Notes: a model not told the origin generated them from the letters alone. A stretch of DNA of 64,000 bases from Vermamoeba vermiformis (GCA_045837725.1 JBEWZL010000044.1:1-64000); one strand, 5' to 3'; positions 50,126 to 62,565 are shown, counted from the first letter of the stretch. Numbers and translations are program-made.

Positions 50126-51389
50126 GCAGTGTAGTTCTCGACAACATGACTGTAGATACTTTAGATCGTGTATTGACCTATTTGTACACCGAAGAGTTGC
50201 CAGAGATGACGATGGACCAAATTCTTAAGTATTACATCCGCCGCCGATTACCTGCAAGTTGCTCCGTTGAAAGTAGCAGCTGTTAGCAGGTGGAAGGAAT
50301 TGCTTCTTGACTTAGAAGATGCAGATAAGATCATGGAAGCATTCCGAGCATTTGTAACTTCGCCAACGGTGCATGTAAAGCCGGATGCGAGTTGGCGGCG
50401 AGTTATGCAGTAAGCGACAAGAGATCTGGCATTAGAGAATTAACGTTAGTGTAGGTCAATTATAGCTATAATTCATTATTCAGATACCAAGTTTCATATC
50501 ACATCCGATTTCAAATGCCCGACCTTTAACATTGCTGCCGAATCTGGTCTGTTCGTAGAATTTCTTATCGAATATTTTGGCCTATCACATCCGTACCTTT
50601 CCGCTCGCCTGTTGGAAAATTGGGTGCTTGGTTACGAATCAACGAAGGAGCAGGAGATAGAAGAGAGAAAAAAGATTGCTGCGGAGTTGATCGAGAAGGT
50701 GGATTTGCTTGCGCTGCGGATGCGAACTCTAGCAAGCTTGTCTGTCAGCAATGTGTTTCCGCCTGAATACATGCTTAAGAAATTGCAAGAAAGAGCTAGA
50801 AGGGCCGACGAACCAGTGAGTGGTAAGGTCACGTACGAGCTCACGTTCAAATCCGATCAGATCGTCGAACTCGAATATGAAACTGGATTGATGTAAGGCC
50901 CTTTGTTCTTTCCATAATAGAACGAATATTAATATTATTATAGTTTGCTCTGGTTCAAAGCGTTCAAATTGGAAAAGATGCTGTCTAGAGCTGACAAGCG
51001 CGCAGCCACAGAAATATTCGAATTTTTGTCTTTGCCGAGCGGCGATACAAATGTTAACATAAAACTTCGCGATGGAACTTGGACCGACTGGCCATCAGAC
51101 ACTTGGATTGGTACTACAGAAATGGATTTACTGAGCTTCAGATTGAGAAACGACACAATGCGTATGACGATTATCCAGAAACCCGAGCCACCAGCAACTG
51201 AAGACCGACAAAATACAAGTTCGAACATTAATGGAAAATTTACATACTCTTACCAATTTGAATGATAATACGATGTATCAATTTTTTCGAAAGAACATAT
51301 TTGTGACGAACAGAGCTCCCACGTAATTGTATGGGAGGTGTCAGTGCTTTAATTAATTATATAAATGGATTTTATTGCGCCAGTTGAAT

Positions 51390-52667
51390 ATGAACTTGCC
51401 TGGTAAGCGTGGTCTTTTATGAAAGATCGGATCCGTTTCGCTAATTTCGACCGTAGAATATTTGAAAAATGCGCTAGAGAGTGGAGAAGGAAGCGGTAAG
51501 TGTTACAATATATTTGAGGGCCTCCAGCGAATTAAAATAATTTTTCTATTGAATGTAGACTTTACGATTTTTGGTTTTGACGACAACGGCAACAAGATCG
51601 AAAAGAAGGTTCATAAATTCATCATTAGAAGATGTCCGTATTTTTCAGCGGTAAGTGCAATTATTTCAAGCGAACTCTTGCTCAAACTTTTTAGATGCTG
51701 GATCTGAACTGCAAAGAAACCAATGATTCGTGCGTTACTATTGAAGATATCTCGGCAAATACATTAGATATTGCGTTGAAATATTTATATACAGAGGCTC
51801 TCCCTGAGATAACGATAAATCAAGCGATCAGCGTTGCATCTGCTGCTGATTATCTTCAGCTTGCTAAATTGAAAGAGGCTGCCCTTGAACGATGGAAAGA
51901 ACTATTTAATAATACAGAAAATCACGAACAGATGATGGAGGCTTTTGATGCATTGGTGGAATCGTCGTTACGAATAACACTTGATGAAAGTTGGCGAAAT
52001 ACTATGGAGTAAGTATGAACGTCAACTTACACCAAATAATATTTCTATATGACTTGATCAACGATACTTAATTAGCATCATGATAGGAATGTGTTAGCGT
52101 TAATGATATGCGAAGTATTATTACCCTTACAAAGAAGAAAGTGTTTCCACCAGACTACATGCTCAAAGTGTTGCAGAAACGGGCAGAAAGGCCGGATGAA
52201 AGCGCCGATGGTGAAGTCACGTACAACCTCTCGTTTAAAACAAATCGCATAGTAGAGCTCGAACATGACGGTCGTTTTATGTAAGTACTCCATAATGGCT
52301 AGTAGTAGGCATTTTGTAATTAATTTTTTTTAGGCTATTTTGGTGGAAGGTGTTCTCGGGTCCAAAAGTAGTGCGCAGACCAAAGCAGCTCCAGAAAGGT
52401 ACAACGGGTGTACTAATGGTAGTGTGGGAAATCTTAGTTCACCCTATCAACGCGAATTCAAATGTACAAATCTGGGGGAAAGGGGAATACTCCAAAGGGC
52501 AATTAAATGCATCGCGTGAGTATGTCCAGAAGGATGGAATCCATGCTTTTTTTGCTGAAGCGATGACGCGGGTAATATTATCGAATGCTTCCAACGATGA
52601 AAACAAACAAAAAAGTCAACAAAAAGTCAGTTACACGATAGATTTTGATACCAATAATAAACAATGA
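51390..52667 (+). pseudogene. BTB/POZ protein copy C, internally deleted relative to copy B
   Basis: EYLKNALESGEGSDF..KKVHKFIIRRCPYFSA|MLDL..LKYLYTEALP..AADYLQL. The exon near 52077 lacks the segment present in B and hits a TAG before VFPPDYMLK. Confidence 0.65.
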
Positions 52668-53385
52668 GATTCTGCTGTTACACGAAACACGAACCATAGA
52701 AACGTTTGAAATAAATCTTCGGATCAGGCACGACGGTAAAATTAAACCTTAGGTTGAGGTTCCATCTAAACCCATTTAGTTGAACGGATCTGCAGTATTC
52801 ATCCTTATCCACAATACTATCGAGTGCTTTGATGCATAAGCTTTGAAGTTCTTGCGTTGCAACTCTTTAAGCTTCGCTGATCTGATGATAATAAATGCCT
52901 TCGCCCTTTATCGTCCATATTATGTCAATCATCTTCGATAATGATTTGATCGAAATCGGGTCTGTGAGCGTGATTGCATCTGGTTAATCCGCTTCGTTTC
53001 GATAAATTGTTGTTGTATACGTTGTTCAACGTGTGATTGCCTGGTATTAATTTTGATCGAAATATTCTTCTTGTTCGTCAGGACTGTCTTCGTGTTCTTT
53101 ACTTGTAGGATCGAGATCTTGAAGTTCCGAATTCAATAAAATGAACAGATGATCCCAAAACCATTAAATTAAGCCTGATTTAACGTAAATAAAATTAAAT
53201 ATTATTACGTCAATACTTTGAAAGTAAATAATGGCCGTTGCTACACCCAGATCCGCATTTAAATTGCAATATTTTATGCACCTCGCCAATTGACGCGTGG
53301 GGTATGGTTTGCTCTAAGAAAATACGTTTTTGTCCTCGTGCTGCATTGCTCGTATCAACAATAACTGTTGAACAATTTTTTATTA

Positions 53386-53898
53386 TTAAAATGAAGCGGA
53401 TGCAGTGACCTCGTAACCCCGAGAGTTTCTGTTGTAAACGCCGATGTACAAGGGTCCAACCTTTAGTGGCACTGTACTGGTTCCAACAATCGAGAACGTT
53501 GTATTATAACCCAAGGCCCAAGAAAAGTTGTTGAAATCCGGTTGAGCAACTAACTGAGATGCCCACGCTTCAACTGAACCAGGTGTGAACGGATCGACTT
53601 TCAGTGTTATTGTAGATTTAGGATCGTTGACGTAAAAATAATAGTTATCGTATCCGTTGTAGGAAAAAACGTATGGGCTTTGGGAAATGTAAGGCAGTGT
53701 GTTCGCGAGTCCTACGGGTTGTTGCGCGAAGTCTCCATAATGACAATGACCGGTGAAAGGGCTCGGGGGCGTCGAGCAACTTGTACCGCAGAAAGCGCAT
53801 CCTTTAATAATGCAGTTTTTTTGGTCTTGTCGCCAGACTTCGCAGGGTTGTGCTACCACAACGGATATTATAGCTGCTAAAATGAGGTATTGTTGCAT
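53386..53898 (-). CDS. Small secreted Cys-rich protein (PSI-like N-terminus + beta-sandwich), intronless
   Basis: Signal peptide MQQYLILAAIISVVVA, then C..C....GCAFCGTSC and NYYFYV..ITLKV..GPLYIGVY. Confidence 0.7.
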   Translation of the reverse strand: MQQYLILAAIISVVVAQPCEVWRQDQKNCIIKGCAFCGTSCSTPPSPFTGHCHYGDFAQQPVGLANTLPYISQSPYVFSYNGYDNYYFYVNDPKSTITLKVDPFTPGSVEAWASQLVAQPDFNNFSWALGYNTTFSIVGTSTVPLKVGPLYIGVYNRNSRGYEVTASASF

Positions 53899-54684
53899 GT
53901 TTGTAAGTGGTGTACTGCAATAGAAGGACAACTGGCGAATAAATGCTGGCAATCTAGAACTTTCGTAACGAACTTTCGGTACAATTCTCTGAATTCTAAA
54001 AATAGACTTCCAGACTAGAAGCTTCTGGTCTTCTTCTTTACAACAAAGTTTTTTTCAGTGCTTATGCTACTTTTTGTTCGGTTCAGCTTGTGGACGATTC
54101 GGATCTGATCGGTCAAAAAAGCATTGCACACCGTGACATTCGTACACTGCCTGGAACGAGACATCAGCGTCTAAGAGTCAATTTTTTTTACTATGGATAT
54201 AAGGCGGTGCCTTGTAGGCGATGTAATATTTGAAAATAGTTACAAATATTACATAATATTTGTAATCCACAGGTAATTACAAGATCCTGGGTGTTCGTGA
54301 GCGTCGAAAAATGTTCTAGTTTTACGACATATTGCTTTTGACTCGCAAAAAAATTACTTACGTCTTACATTTCAACAATTCAGAAGTTATTGTATTGCAA
54401 CTCGCTAGATCTGCTCCGCTGTTAAGTAACCTCTCGAATGCGGAGTCTCGATCTGTTCCATTTTTTTTGGTCTTGACAAATTGTGATACTACGTAACGAG
54501 GCATTATGTCATAATGCAATTATAGCTGTCGCTTAGCGTGTCAAGTGGCGTGTCAAATCGTTGATTGACTGCACTCGCCCTGGTTGATTCCGCTTTAATG
54601 AAAAGCGATTTTCTTTCTTGTGGTTATTTCAAACATCCAAATCTTCTCTTAGCACCACAGAAGGCCCTCATCAACTTTACGACA

Positions 54685-55534
54685 ATGAAGTACGCCGTTT
54701 TGTCCGCTCTCGTTCTCCTCACCATCTTGTCCCTCGCATCTGCTCAACGCTTGACCCACAACGAAGCTCTTGCCCGCATTCGTGCTGCTGGTATGTATTA
54801 ATTAATAGTAATATTTCGGATATTTTTGGGGCCGTTAGAAAACCATCAAATAATTATTATTTTTTTGGATTGACCTGTCACCGAAATTGAAGTCTTGACT
54901 GATTGGCCCCTATTAACTTTTCCTGCTTAGGCATTGGCATCTCCTCTAGTGGTGGCTGCAGCGACCGTAACAACCGTCGTTGCACTTCTTTGGATACCAT
55001 CCGTGTCCAAACCATCAATGGTGTTATCACTCTCCGCAACGGATCAGGTTGCCCTATTACCGTTACTGGTGGTACTGAGGTAAGAGCAATATTTAATACA
55101 CTTACTACCGTATTAATGGTTCACCAAATGTTCCCTGAGAACCACATACTGCGCGGATGTCAAATTCGTCCACATTTTACGCATTTAATCTCTTATTTAC
55201 GCCTAAAATTCCTTTAACTATCGTGCATATCATACTAGTATGCTGGTTCATGCAATGACCCTTTAAATTGCTTAGTCGTTTTTTGCGATCGAATCCAAAA
55301 ACTTAAACATTTCAACTAACGTTCTAATTATCCTAGACCGGTCACGCTGGCGGCCCCAACTCTCACTGGAACGGCTACAAGGTCGATATTGCCTTGAACT
55401 CTTGCATTGACGGTTACATTACCCGCAACTTCGCCTACATCGGTCGCCGATCCGACGGTGCTGCCCAATACAGATCCGCTGCTGGCAACATCTACGCCCG
55501 TGAAGGCAACCACTGGGATATTACTTACTTCTAA
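54685..55534 (+). CDS. Small secreted Zn-peptidase-like protein (M15/Hedgehog-N-like fold), 3 exons
   Basis: Spliced protein: MKYAVLSALVLLTILSLASA QRLTHNEALARIRAA|GIGISSSGGCSDRNNRRCTSL..SGCPITVTGGTE|TGHAGGPNSHWNGYKVDI..YAREGNHWDITYF*. SH-x6-D and a distal H match the Zn-ligand spacing. Confidence 0.75.
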
Positions 55535-55769
55535 ATAGTACGTTGATTTAGAACGACAAAATTCCGTTTTTTTGAACGCGAAAACTCGATCTCGTTTTTT
55601 TTTCGTTCAAAAGTTTTGTGTGACATTAGTATTAATAAAAATAGTCCTTTAGACCATGCCTATTAATACATATTACTACGGTCGTTAATTTTGCTGTCCT
55701 AAATTGACAGGTGTCATACTTTTTTTTACTTGTCCATTCCAATTTTCTTAACTTAACTTATTTGCAGTT

Positions 55770-57625
55770 TTACTTTTTTTGTTTCTTTCTTAATGGCTCG
55801 TCAACACTATCATCATCATTCTGGTTTTGTTTCTGCTGCTTTGCAGGCCCTGGACTTGCTGGAATTTTGACACAGTGCATAAAGAAAACTGCTGGGTCGT
55901 TCAGGTTGTTGTACCAATCACTTTTATGGCCCATCTGATAAAGAATTCTTATTACACTTGTAACCAGTTGATGCTTACATACCATGAGGAAATGATAACA
56001 TGATGTGTGAGTCTGAAAACACTTGATAATGTTAAAGGCCATATTTCTTGAATGAACACTGTCAGTAGTTGACTCTGTGAAAGCCTATCATGGGATTAGA
56101 AAGTGAGGATATTGAGTGGCACTTTACCTGGCAATCATAAATGTTTACTAGAGTCACTTTTGTGCCTATTTGAGGCACCACAATGTTGTCTGAAAGTGGT
56201 TTGAAGGCAATTCTATCTGCAATCGATGTGAACAGATTGAACATTGCTGTTACAATGTGTGCACTCTGTTTGAAGTGGTTTGTTTCAAGCAGAGCCTTCA
56301 CACTTGTTTGCTGAGTCTTGAAGAGTGTGCCATCAAGCCACACAAATGGTGTGAGATTAGCTATTGCTTCATAGATGATGCTAGCACAAATGAAGTCTGG
56401 ATCCTTCTCATTTTTCCATTTTTTTGCTGATGTTGTAATAATTCTCTGTTGTGAAAGGGTCTGATGAAGCATTGCCAAAAACATCAGTCGTGCTTCAGTT
56501 TCTTCAATGTTGATAATTTTACGTGTGATTTGAAAAGATTTGTAGAGTAAAACTCGTATTGGTTCGTCACTGTCAAGCAGTGCCTTGAAGTTAAACTTGG
56601 GATTGGGCAAAATAGTGGGTAAATCATAAAGAAATGAATTAATGATGTCAGAATTGCAGAAAACTCTGATTGCCCAGTCCACCACCAAGCTAGTCTTGGC
56701 ATCACCAGCACCAGTAAAAGCAACTGTATGCCAAGGTTTTGAGGTCTGAGGATTGTCATTTGTACCATAGTTAGAGTAGCAGTAATTGAGAAGGTCAAAG
56801 ATAGCCTTGTTACGGTTGTTGAAAGGAGGTTCATTAATATCCTTCCAGGAATGGACATCAATGCTGACAACAGGGACTTTGTATTCAATTCCAAGCTCAG
56901 GCACTTTGATCGAGGGTCTCGCCAGTGCATTTTGTGTTGCACTTTGGATCTGCTTCAGTTCATCCAAAGTTGCAAATTGAATGAATTGCAGTACTTCTTG
57001 CATTCTCACCACTGGCTCTAAAGGTGTGTTGGTTAGTTATGCTAAGTTGTTACAGTTGAGGTACGAACCAGAGTTGGCTTTTTTAAGGTTCTCCAGGGCA
57101 GCCTTTAGCTTCAGAGCTGTACCAAGAGAGATTTCAAAACACACTACCAAATCACTAATACTGTTCATATGCAATAAGTTTTGTCCTACGAACATGGATC
57201 CTGAGTCGTTGAGCTTTTTTGCTTCTTCTGCTGTTACGTAGGGCTTGGCCCATTCTAAAGTCTCAGCACTTGTCCATTCAGATGGAGTTTTATATGCCCA
57301 AGAATTGGAGCCTAGATGGAGGATAATTAATATCGAAAAATTGCGCCGGATCAACTAATTTGCAGGTCACGTAAACTCTTCAGTTCAAACGAACAAAAAT
57401 GGATTTGTTGAGCTACACACGTATACACTGCACTGCATTGATATTCAAAAAGTAACAAACAATCTAAGAAAAAACGAAATACGAATGTTGCTTTTGGTTA
57501 AAAAATCGGTGCAGCTTTAAATTATCGAAGTTACCTCCGAAAATAGAAAGAATCTCGACGATGTTTATGAGAGCAAGCAGAAATATTTGCAATTTACCTT
57601 CAGCGGCGGTCTTATTGTTTTGCAT
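55770..57625 (-). pseudogene. Crinkler-like gene with a SAM header and degenerate NTPase, apparently decayed
   Basis: MQNNKTAAE|GSNSWAYKTPSEWTSAETLEW..FVGQNLL..ISLGTALKL (SAM-like), then PFNNR and a degenerate Walker A AFTGAGDAKT. The frame breaks near 56050. Confidence 0.55.
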
Positions 57626-58178
57626 CTTTCGTGATCTCTAGATGGGCAGTCCGAACTCGATGTCTATTCGTTAGCCTATAATATTTAATATTATTTTTGA
57701 TCAAGTACTCGTGTTAATCAGTGATTGTATTCGAGTGCGTTGTTGTTGTTCGATCTAGATCGTCTCGAAAAAAACTAGTAAAAGTTTCCGTACATCAATT
57801 TGCAGACTTCTCCTTTGAATCATTTTTGAAATTTTCAAGGACGTTTTACCGACGCAAGTCAAATTTAAAAGAGACTCGCAATGTGATCACATTCTGACAT
57901 TTTAATGCGCCGAAAGACTACCGACTGGTAATACATCTCTATCATTTTTTTCTAACGGAGGCTATCGTTACGTATTAATGAGGCCATTAATTTTTGCTGT
58001 CCTGAGCAAAAAGCCAAAAAAGTGTCACAATTTTGACAGGGCACGTGTCAGGGATCAAGATTCTTTCAGTTGTTTATCAGAGTCTAATACGAGCACCACA
58101 AACATAGTGGTCATTTATCGATATCTCTTGTTATTTATTTCGAAAGAGATTCGCTGAGCAGATCTGTCGTTATTTTGA

Positions 58179-61100
58179 ATGGCGGCCGCTCAAAAAGAGA
58201 ACTTTGAATTCAATGTTTGGGGCCGCACAGTGGCTGTAACTGCAGCATGGGGTATGTATATATATACGAAAGCATTATTATGCAATTTTGAGGCTTTGAG
58301 ACTCGTAACCGAATTTATTAATAAACATACGACGTGCGGATTTGGTCCAAAGTGAATTAATTTCATATACTGCTTAAATTCGATAATTTATACGTTTAAT
58401 AAGACTAAAATTTATAATATGTTTAATAATTGACAGTCCTAAAACTGGACCGTACTTAGGGGACCGCAGAATTCCAAGTGTATTTTGCTAATGACCAAAA
58501 AATAGATTGTATTTTTGTTAAAGAAGTCATTTTTTATGCAACTATAATCATATTTATAACAGACTTTTAATTAATTTGTTGCTACTTAATTTGAAGCGGA
58601 TGGGATCTGAAGTACACAACTAAGCTTGACTTACACGTGATTTCTTAGCATTTGCTGCTGCTGGCGTGCCATTGTTCTTCTACAGAGAATTTCCAGCATG
58701 GCAGCTCATTCCTTATTGCTGGTAAGTAAAAATAAGAATCATCGTGCACGTACCTACATCCGTTGCTTTGTATTAATTTTCTCGTCTTTAGGGGCATGGC
58801 CATATTATTAGGAATATTATTTTATCCATTTGAGAGTTTAGCGCCACGAGGAGGCTATTTTGCGCCAGTAAGAATATTTTGGGTCAACGGCATCTTCCTC
58901 TTGGGCGCATCCGTCTTTCCTTTCTTCCAAGTAAGTCTTACTAGGATAATAATAACAATATATTAAATTTTCAATTGTGGTTATCACTCGGAGCATTAAA
59001 ATCGTTTGTAATTTTTCGGCGCGGAACTATTTAGTCGTTAGACACAGATCAACATGATACAGAATAAAATTGATTAATATTTAATTATGCTTAGGTGCCT
59101 ACAATATTTGTGGGCATGGTTGTTGCCTTCGCAGGCATTTTGTACATAATTGCCGCTGCACGAGGAGAAAAAGTTATCGTGCCTCCTGCTGCACGTAAGT
59201 ACCACTAAAAATATTATTATCTTATTATTATAATATTTTCCACGAACGTATTTACAAAAGCCAGTCATTTCAATAAGAAATATTTCCGATCGAATTAACG
59301 CAATCAGATCGAACGCATTTTGTGTTTAAAAATTAATATAATATGCTCACATTGTAATTAAAGGTGGTCCTCCACCCGCTGCCCCTCGAAAACCAAAAGA
59401 TACTCGACCAGTCAGCGAGCGTCTGAACGCATATTTGATCAACGAGGGTATCGCTGTAAGTACTCGTAATATTATAATAATATAATATATTATAATAGGT
59501 CTCGTCTATAGTGTACTAATATAATTATTATACGTATAGCTATTAGTAGTCATATTATTTATGATTGCGAATGGAGCTGTGTTCACCGAACGATTTTTAT
59601 GTAAGTTTTAATACTAGCGAGTTATTATGATATGAAGTATAATACTAACGATACACTATTATTAGATTATTTGCGAGTTCGTCAAGATTTCTTTCCTATT
59701 TTGGGCTACGGTCTCACGATTGCACGAGCATGTGGTGCAGGTTTGAAGTTGACTGGCAGCGTCATTTTAATCACAATGTGCAGAAACTTTTTATCAAGGT
59801 ACTACCCATGACCTATAATTATACTACGAAATATTAGCGATGTGTGTAGCTTACTGATGATTTTTCAGGGTGCGCGAGACCTTCGTTGGCACGTACTTGC
59901 CCGTGCTAGACAAACACATTGAATGGCACAAAGCTATTGCCTGGATGATTGCTATCTATGCTACTGCTCACACGTAAGTAACTTATATCAAAATTCACTA
60001 TAGTTTCGGCGACTAAATGTTTCACGTGCAAAGTATGGCCCACGCTGTCAACTTCCAAAACTTGTCATTACTCGATTTGGAAACGCTCAGGGCAGTCAAA
60101 GTTGCCACGCCGGACATGACTGAGCGACCGACGCTTGTGCGGTTGTGGTGGGGAACTATTCCCGGCTTCACTGGCCACGTGGTCTTGGCGTGCATGGTGT
60201 TGATGTACAGCACGGCCGTGAGTTCAGTGCGCAGACACAAGAAGATGTTCGAGCTGTTCTGGTTCTCGCATCACTTGTTCATTGTGTTTTTCGTGGCGTT
60301 GTGCATTCACGGTACGTGCCTCACTTCGACATTATGACACTTTGACACTTTTAACGCCACACGTGTCACGACATGTTCTTCATTATCTAGCCGCCAGGCA
60401 CTACTTACTAATATATTTTGTAATGTTTAGGAGCGCAAGGAGTCCTCGAACCTGCCAACTTCTGGATGTGGTGGGCAGGTCCTGGTTTGTTGTACTTGAT
60501 GGAACGTGCCACGCGAGGTGTGCGCAAGAATCAAGACACGATCATTCTGCAAGCTATTGCGCACAAGTCTCAGGTCTTGGAACTGCGCATGAGAAAAGCC
60601 AATTTGCAATGGCGCGTAAGTACCACAAAAATACATTACCAAATAAGGAAATTCATGAAGATATTAGACTTGTTTAATCCTTAAGTGCTCTATATAATAT
60701 TGTTTCTACTAGCCCGGGCAATACGTTTTCTTGAACTGCCCGTATATTGCCAGCAACGAGTGGCATCCCTTCACCATTTCATCGAGTCCTGACGAGAACT
60801 TTTTGAGCGTTCACATCAAGGTACGTACGCGGATATTTGAACTAATCTAACGTTCATGAACGAGCAATTCAGTGAACGGGAAATTTTTGCAAACTTTTTT
60901 CGGTGTCGAAAGTTCGGACTGTGAGGCAATATTTAATGATGTACTAATAAGGAAATGTTATATCTTGCAGCGTGCCGGAGATTGGACAGGAGCGTTGCAC
61001 GACTTGATCAATCCTGAAAAGAAAATGGACGGCTCAGTTGTGCGTGAAAATCTTGTGCTTGATCCTTCTGGCAAACCAATCATTTCTATTGACGGTCCGT

Positions 61101-62565
61101 TTGGAGCTGCTTCTGAAGGTAATTTATTCTTTGAATCAAAATAACAGATCCAGCGATAATACATCATTCTCAAAATTTCCATCGAACATCGAACATCGTA
61201 CAAAAGCAAATTTATTTCTTATGAATATTCGGAGAATTTTATTGCTTTAACTTGATAAAATTATCTAAGGATGGTATTGGATTAAATTTATTGGCCAATT
61301 TTAACCTGATTTGGAGCTTAATTAATTCTTTGGGAGATAATTTCAATGATGCTTATTTTGGCGTATACTAACGGTCCTTATATTCCATTATTACTATAGA
61401 TGTGTTCAAATTCGAAAATGTCGTATTATCGGCTGCGGGCATTGGCATTACACCAATGGCCTCAATTTTGAAGTCAATTCGGTACCAGATCCAAAATCAC
61501 CCTGAATCGTGTCCTATAAAACAGGTATGACACTTACCATGCGAGTTCGCGTTTGACACTTTTTTTGACACTTTGACACTTCAGGTCAATTTTTATTGGA
61601 GCAACCAAGACGTTGAGAGTTTCGAATGGATTTTACATTTATTGGCTGGTACGTTACCGATATTTCCAAATAAGGAAATTACAGGCAATAACCTGCTTTA
61701 GAATTGGAAGAAACTTGTCCGTTTTTGACGAGTCAACTTTTCGTGACAAGAATGGCGGGAGATGAAGCTGAGATTATCAGGTACGACGCGAACGAGCATT
61801 TTATCAAGTTTATTTCGGTTCATGAACCCTTAAAGCAAAAATTCTGTGATTCTGACCGGCAACAACGGATGCCAAAAATTTTGGCAATGATACTGTGTAC
61901 TAAGGCCCACGAATCTTAACGGGTCAATTTCATGAAATATTTATTTACTAACCCTATTTTAAATTAGAAATATTATATACGCTGATACTGAAGGCGTGGA
62001 TGCGTTCTTGGGATTGAAGCGAACTAGGTTGAATAGAAACAGACCAAATTTCGATAAAATCTTCAAAGAATCAGCTGAGAACGAGTTCAAAGATCAAGGT
62101 AAGATACAATAATATCTTTAATTAAGACAGAAAATCTGGCAAATTTCTTTTGCGGATGCGATCCGTTTATGACTTACATCATAAGCTGTCCTTTATGCGT
62201 AATACATGCCTTATGCGAAATTGCTATCAAATATGATATAAATATCTATATTTTAAAGATAAATTGTGACACAGTAAATCTCCAAACTTGATTTGGTCAA
62301 TTTGGGCGTGGGCGATTGAATCAAGCGTTTTTTTCGGTTCGACAGCTCAACAATAACATGATTATAACATGATATAAGAATATATTAATTTACCGGCTCA
62401 GTGACCATTTTCTGGTTTGATTTTTCGATTTCTAACGGATTTGTTTTTGTAGAGGTTGGAGTTTTCTTTTGTGGAGCTCCTGCGGTAGCTAACGACATAT
62501 ACAAGGCCTGCATTAAACATTCTAAGAAAAAAACGAAGTTTATCTTCCACAAAGAAAACTTTTAA
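58179..62565 (+). CDS. NADPH oxidase (NOX2/NoxA-type) with an N-terminally fused p22phox-like domain
   Basis: NOX motifs: INEG, MCRNFLS, heme His pairs WHKAIAWMIAIYATAH and FSHHLF..CIHG, PGQY..EWHPFTISS, GDWT, DGPFG, GIGITP, VFFCG and HKENF*. Upstream in-frame exons encode EFNVWG..LFYP..GILYIIAAARGE plus a Pro-rich segment. Confidence 0.93.

Larger units (their letters stand above)
47746..51265 (+). pseudogene. BTB/POZ protein copy B: lacks its 5' exons, interrupted by a MULE, frameshifted
   Basis: MLDLKGVESKEGSV continues after the transposon as VLDNMTVDTLDRVLTYLYTEELP. A +1 frameshift near 50225 precedes SAADYLQV. Confidence 0.8.
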
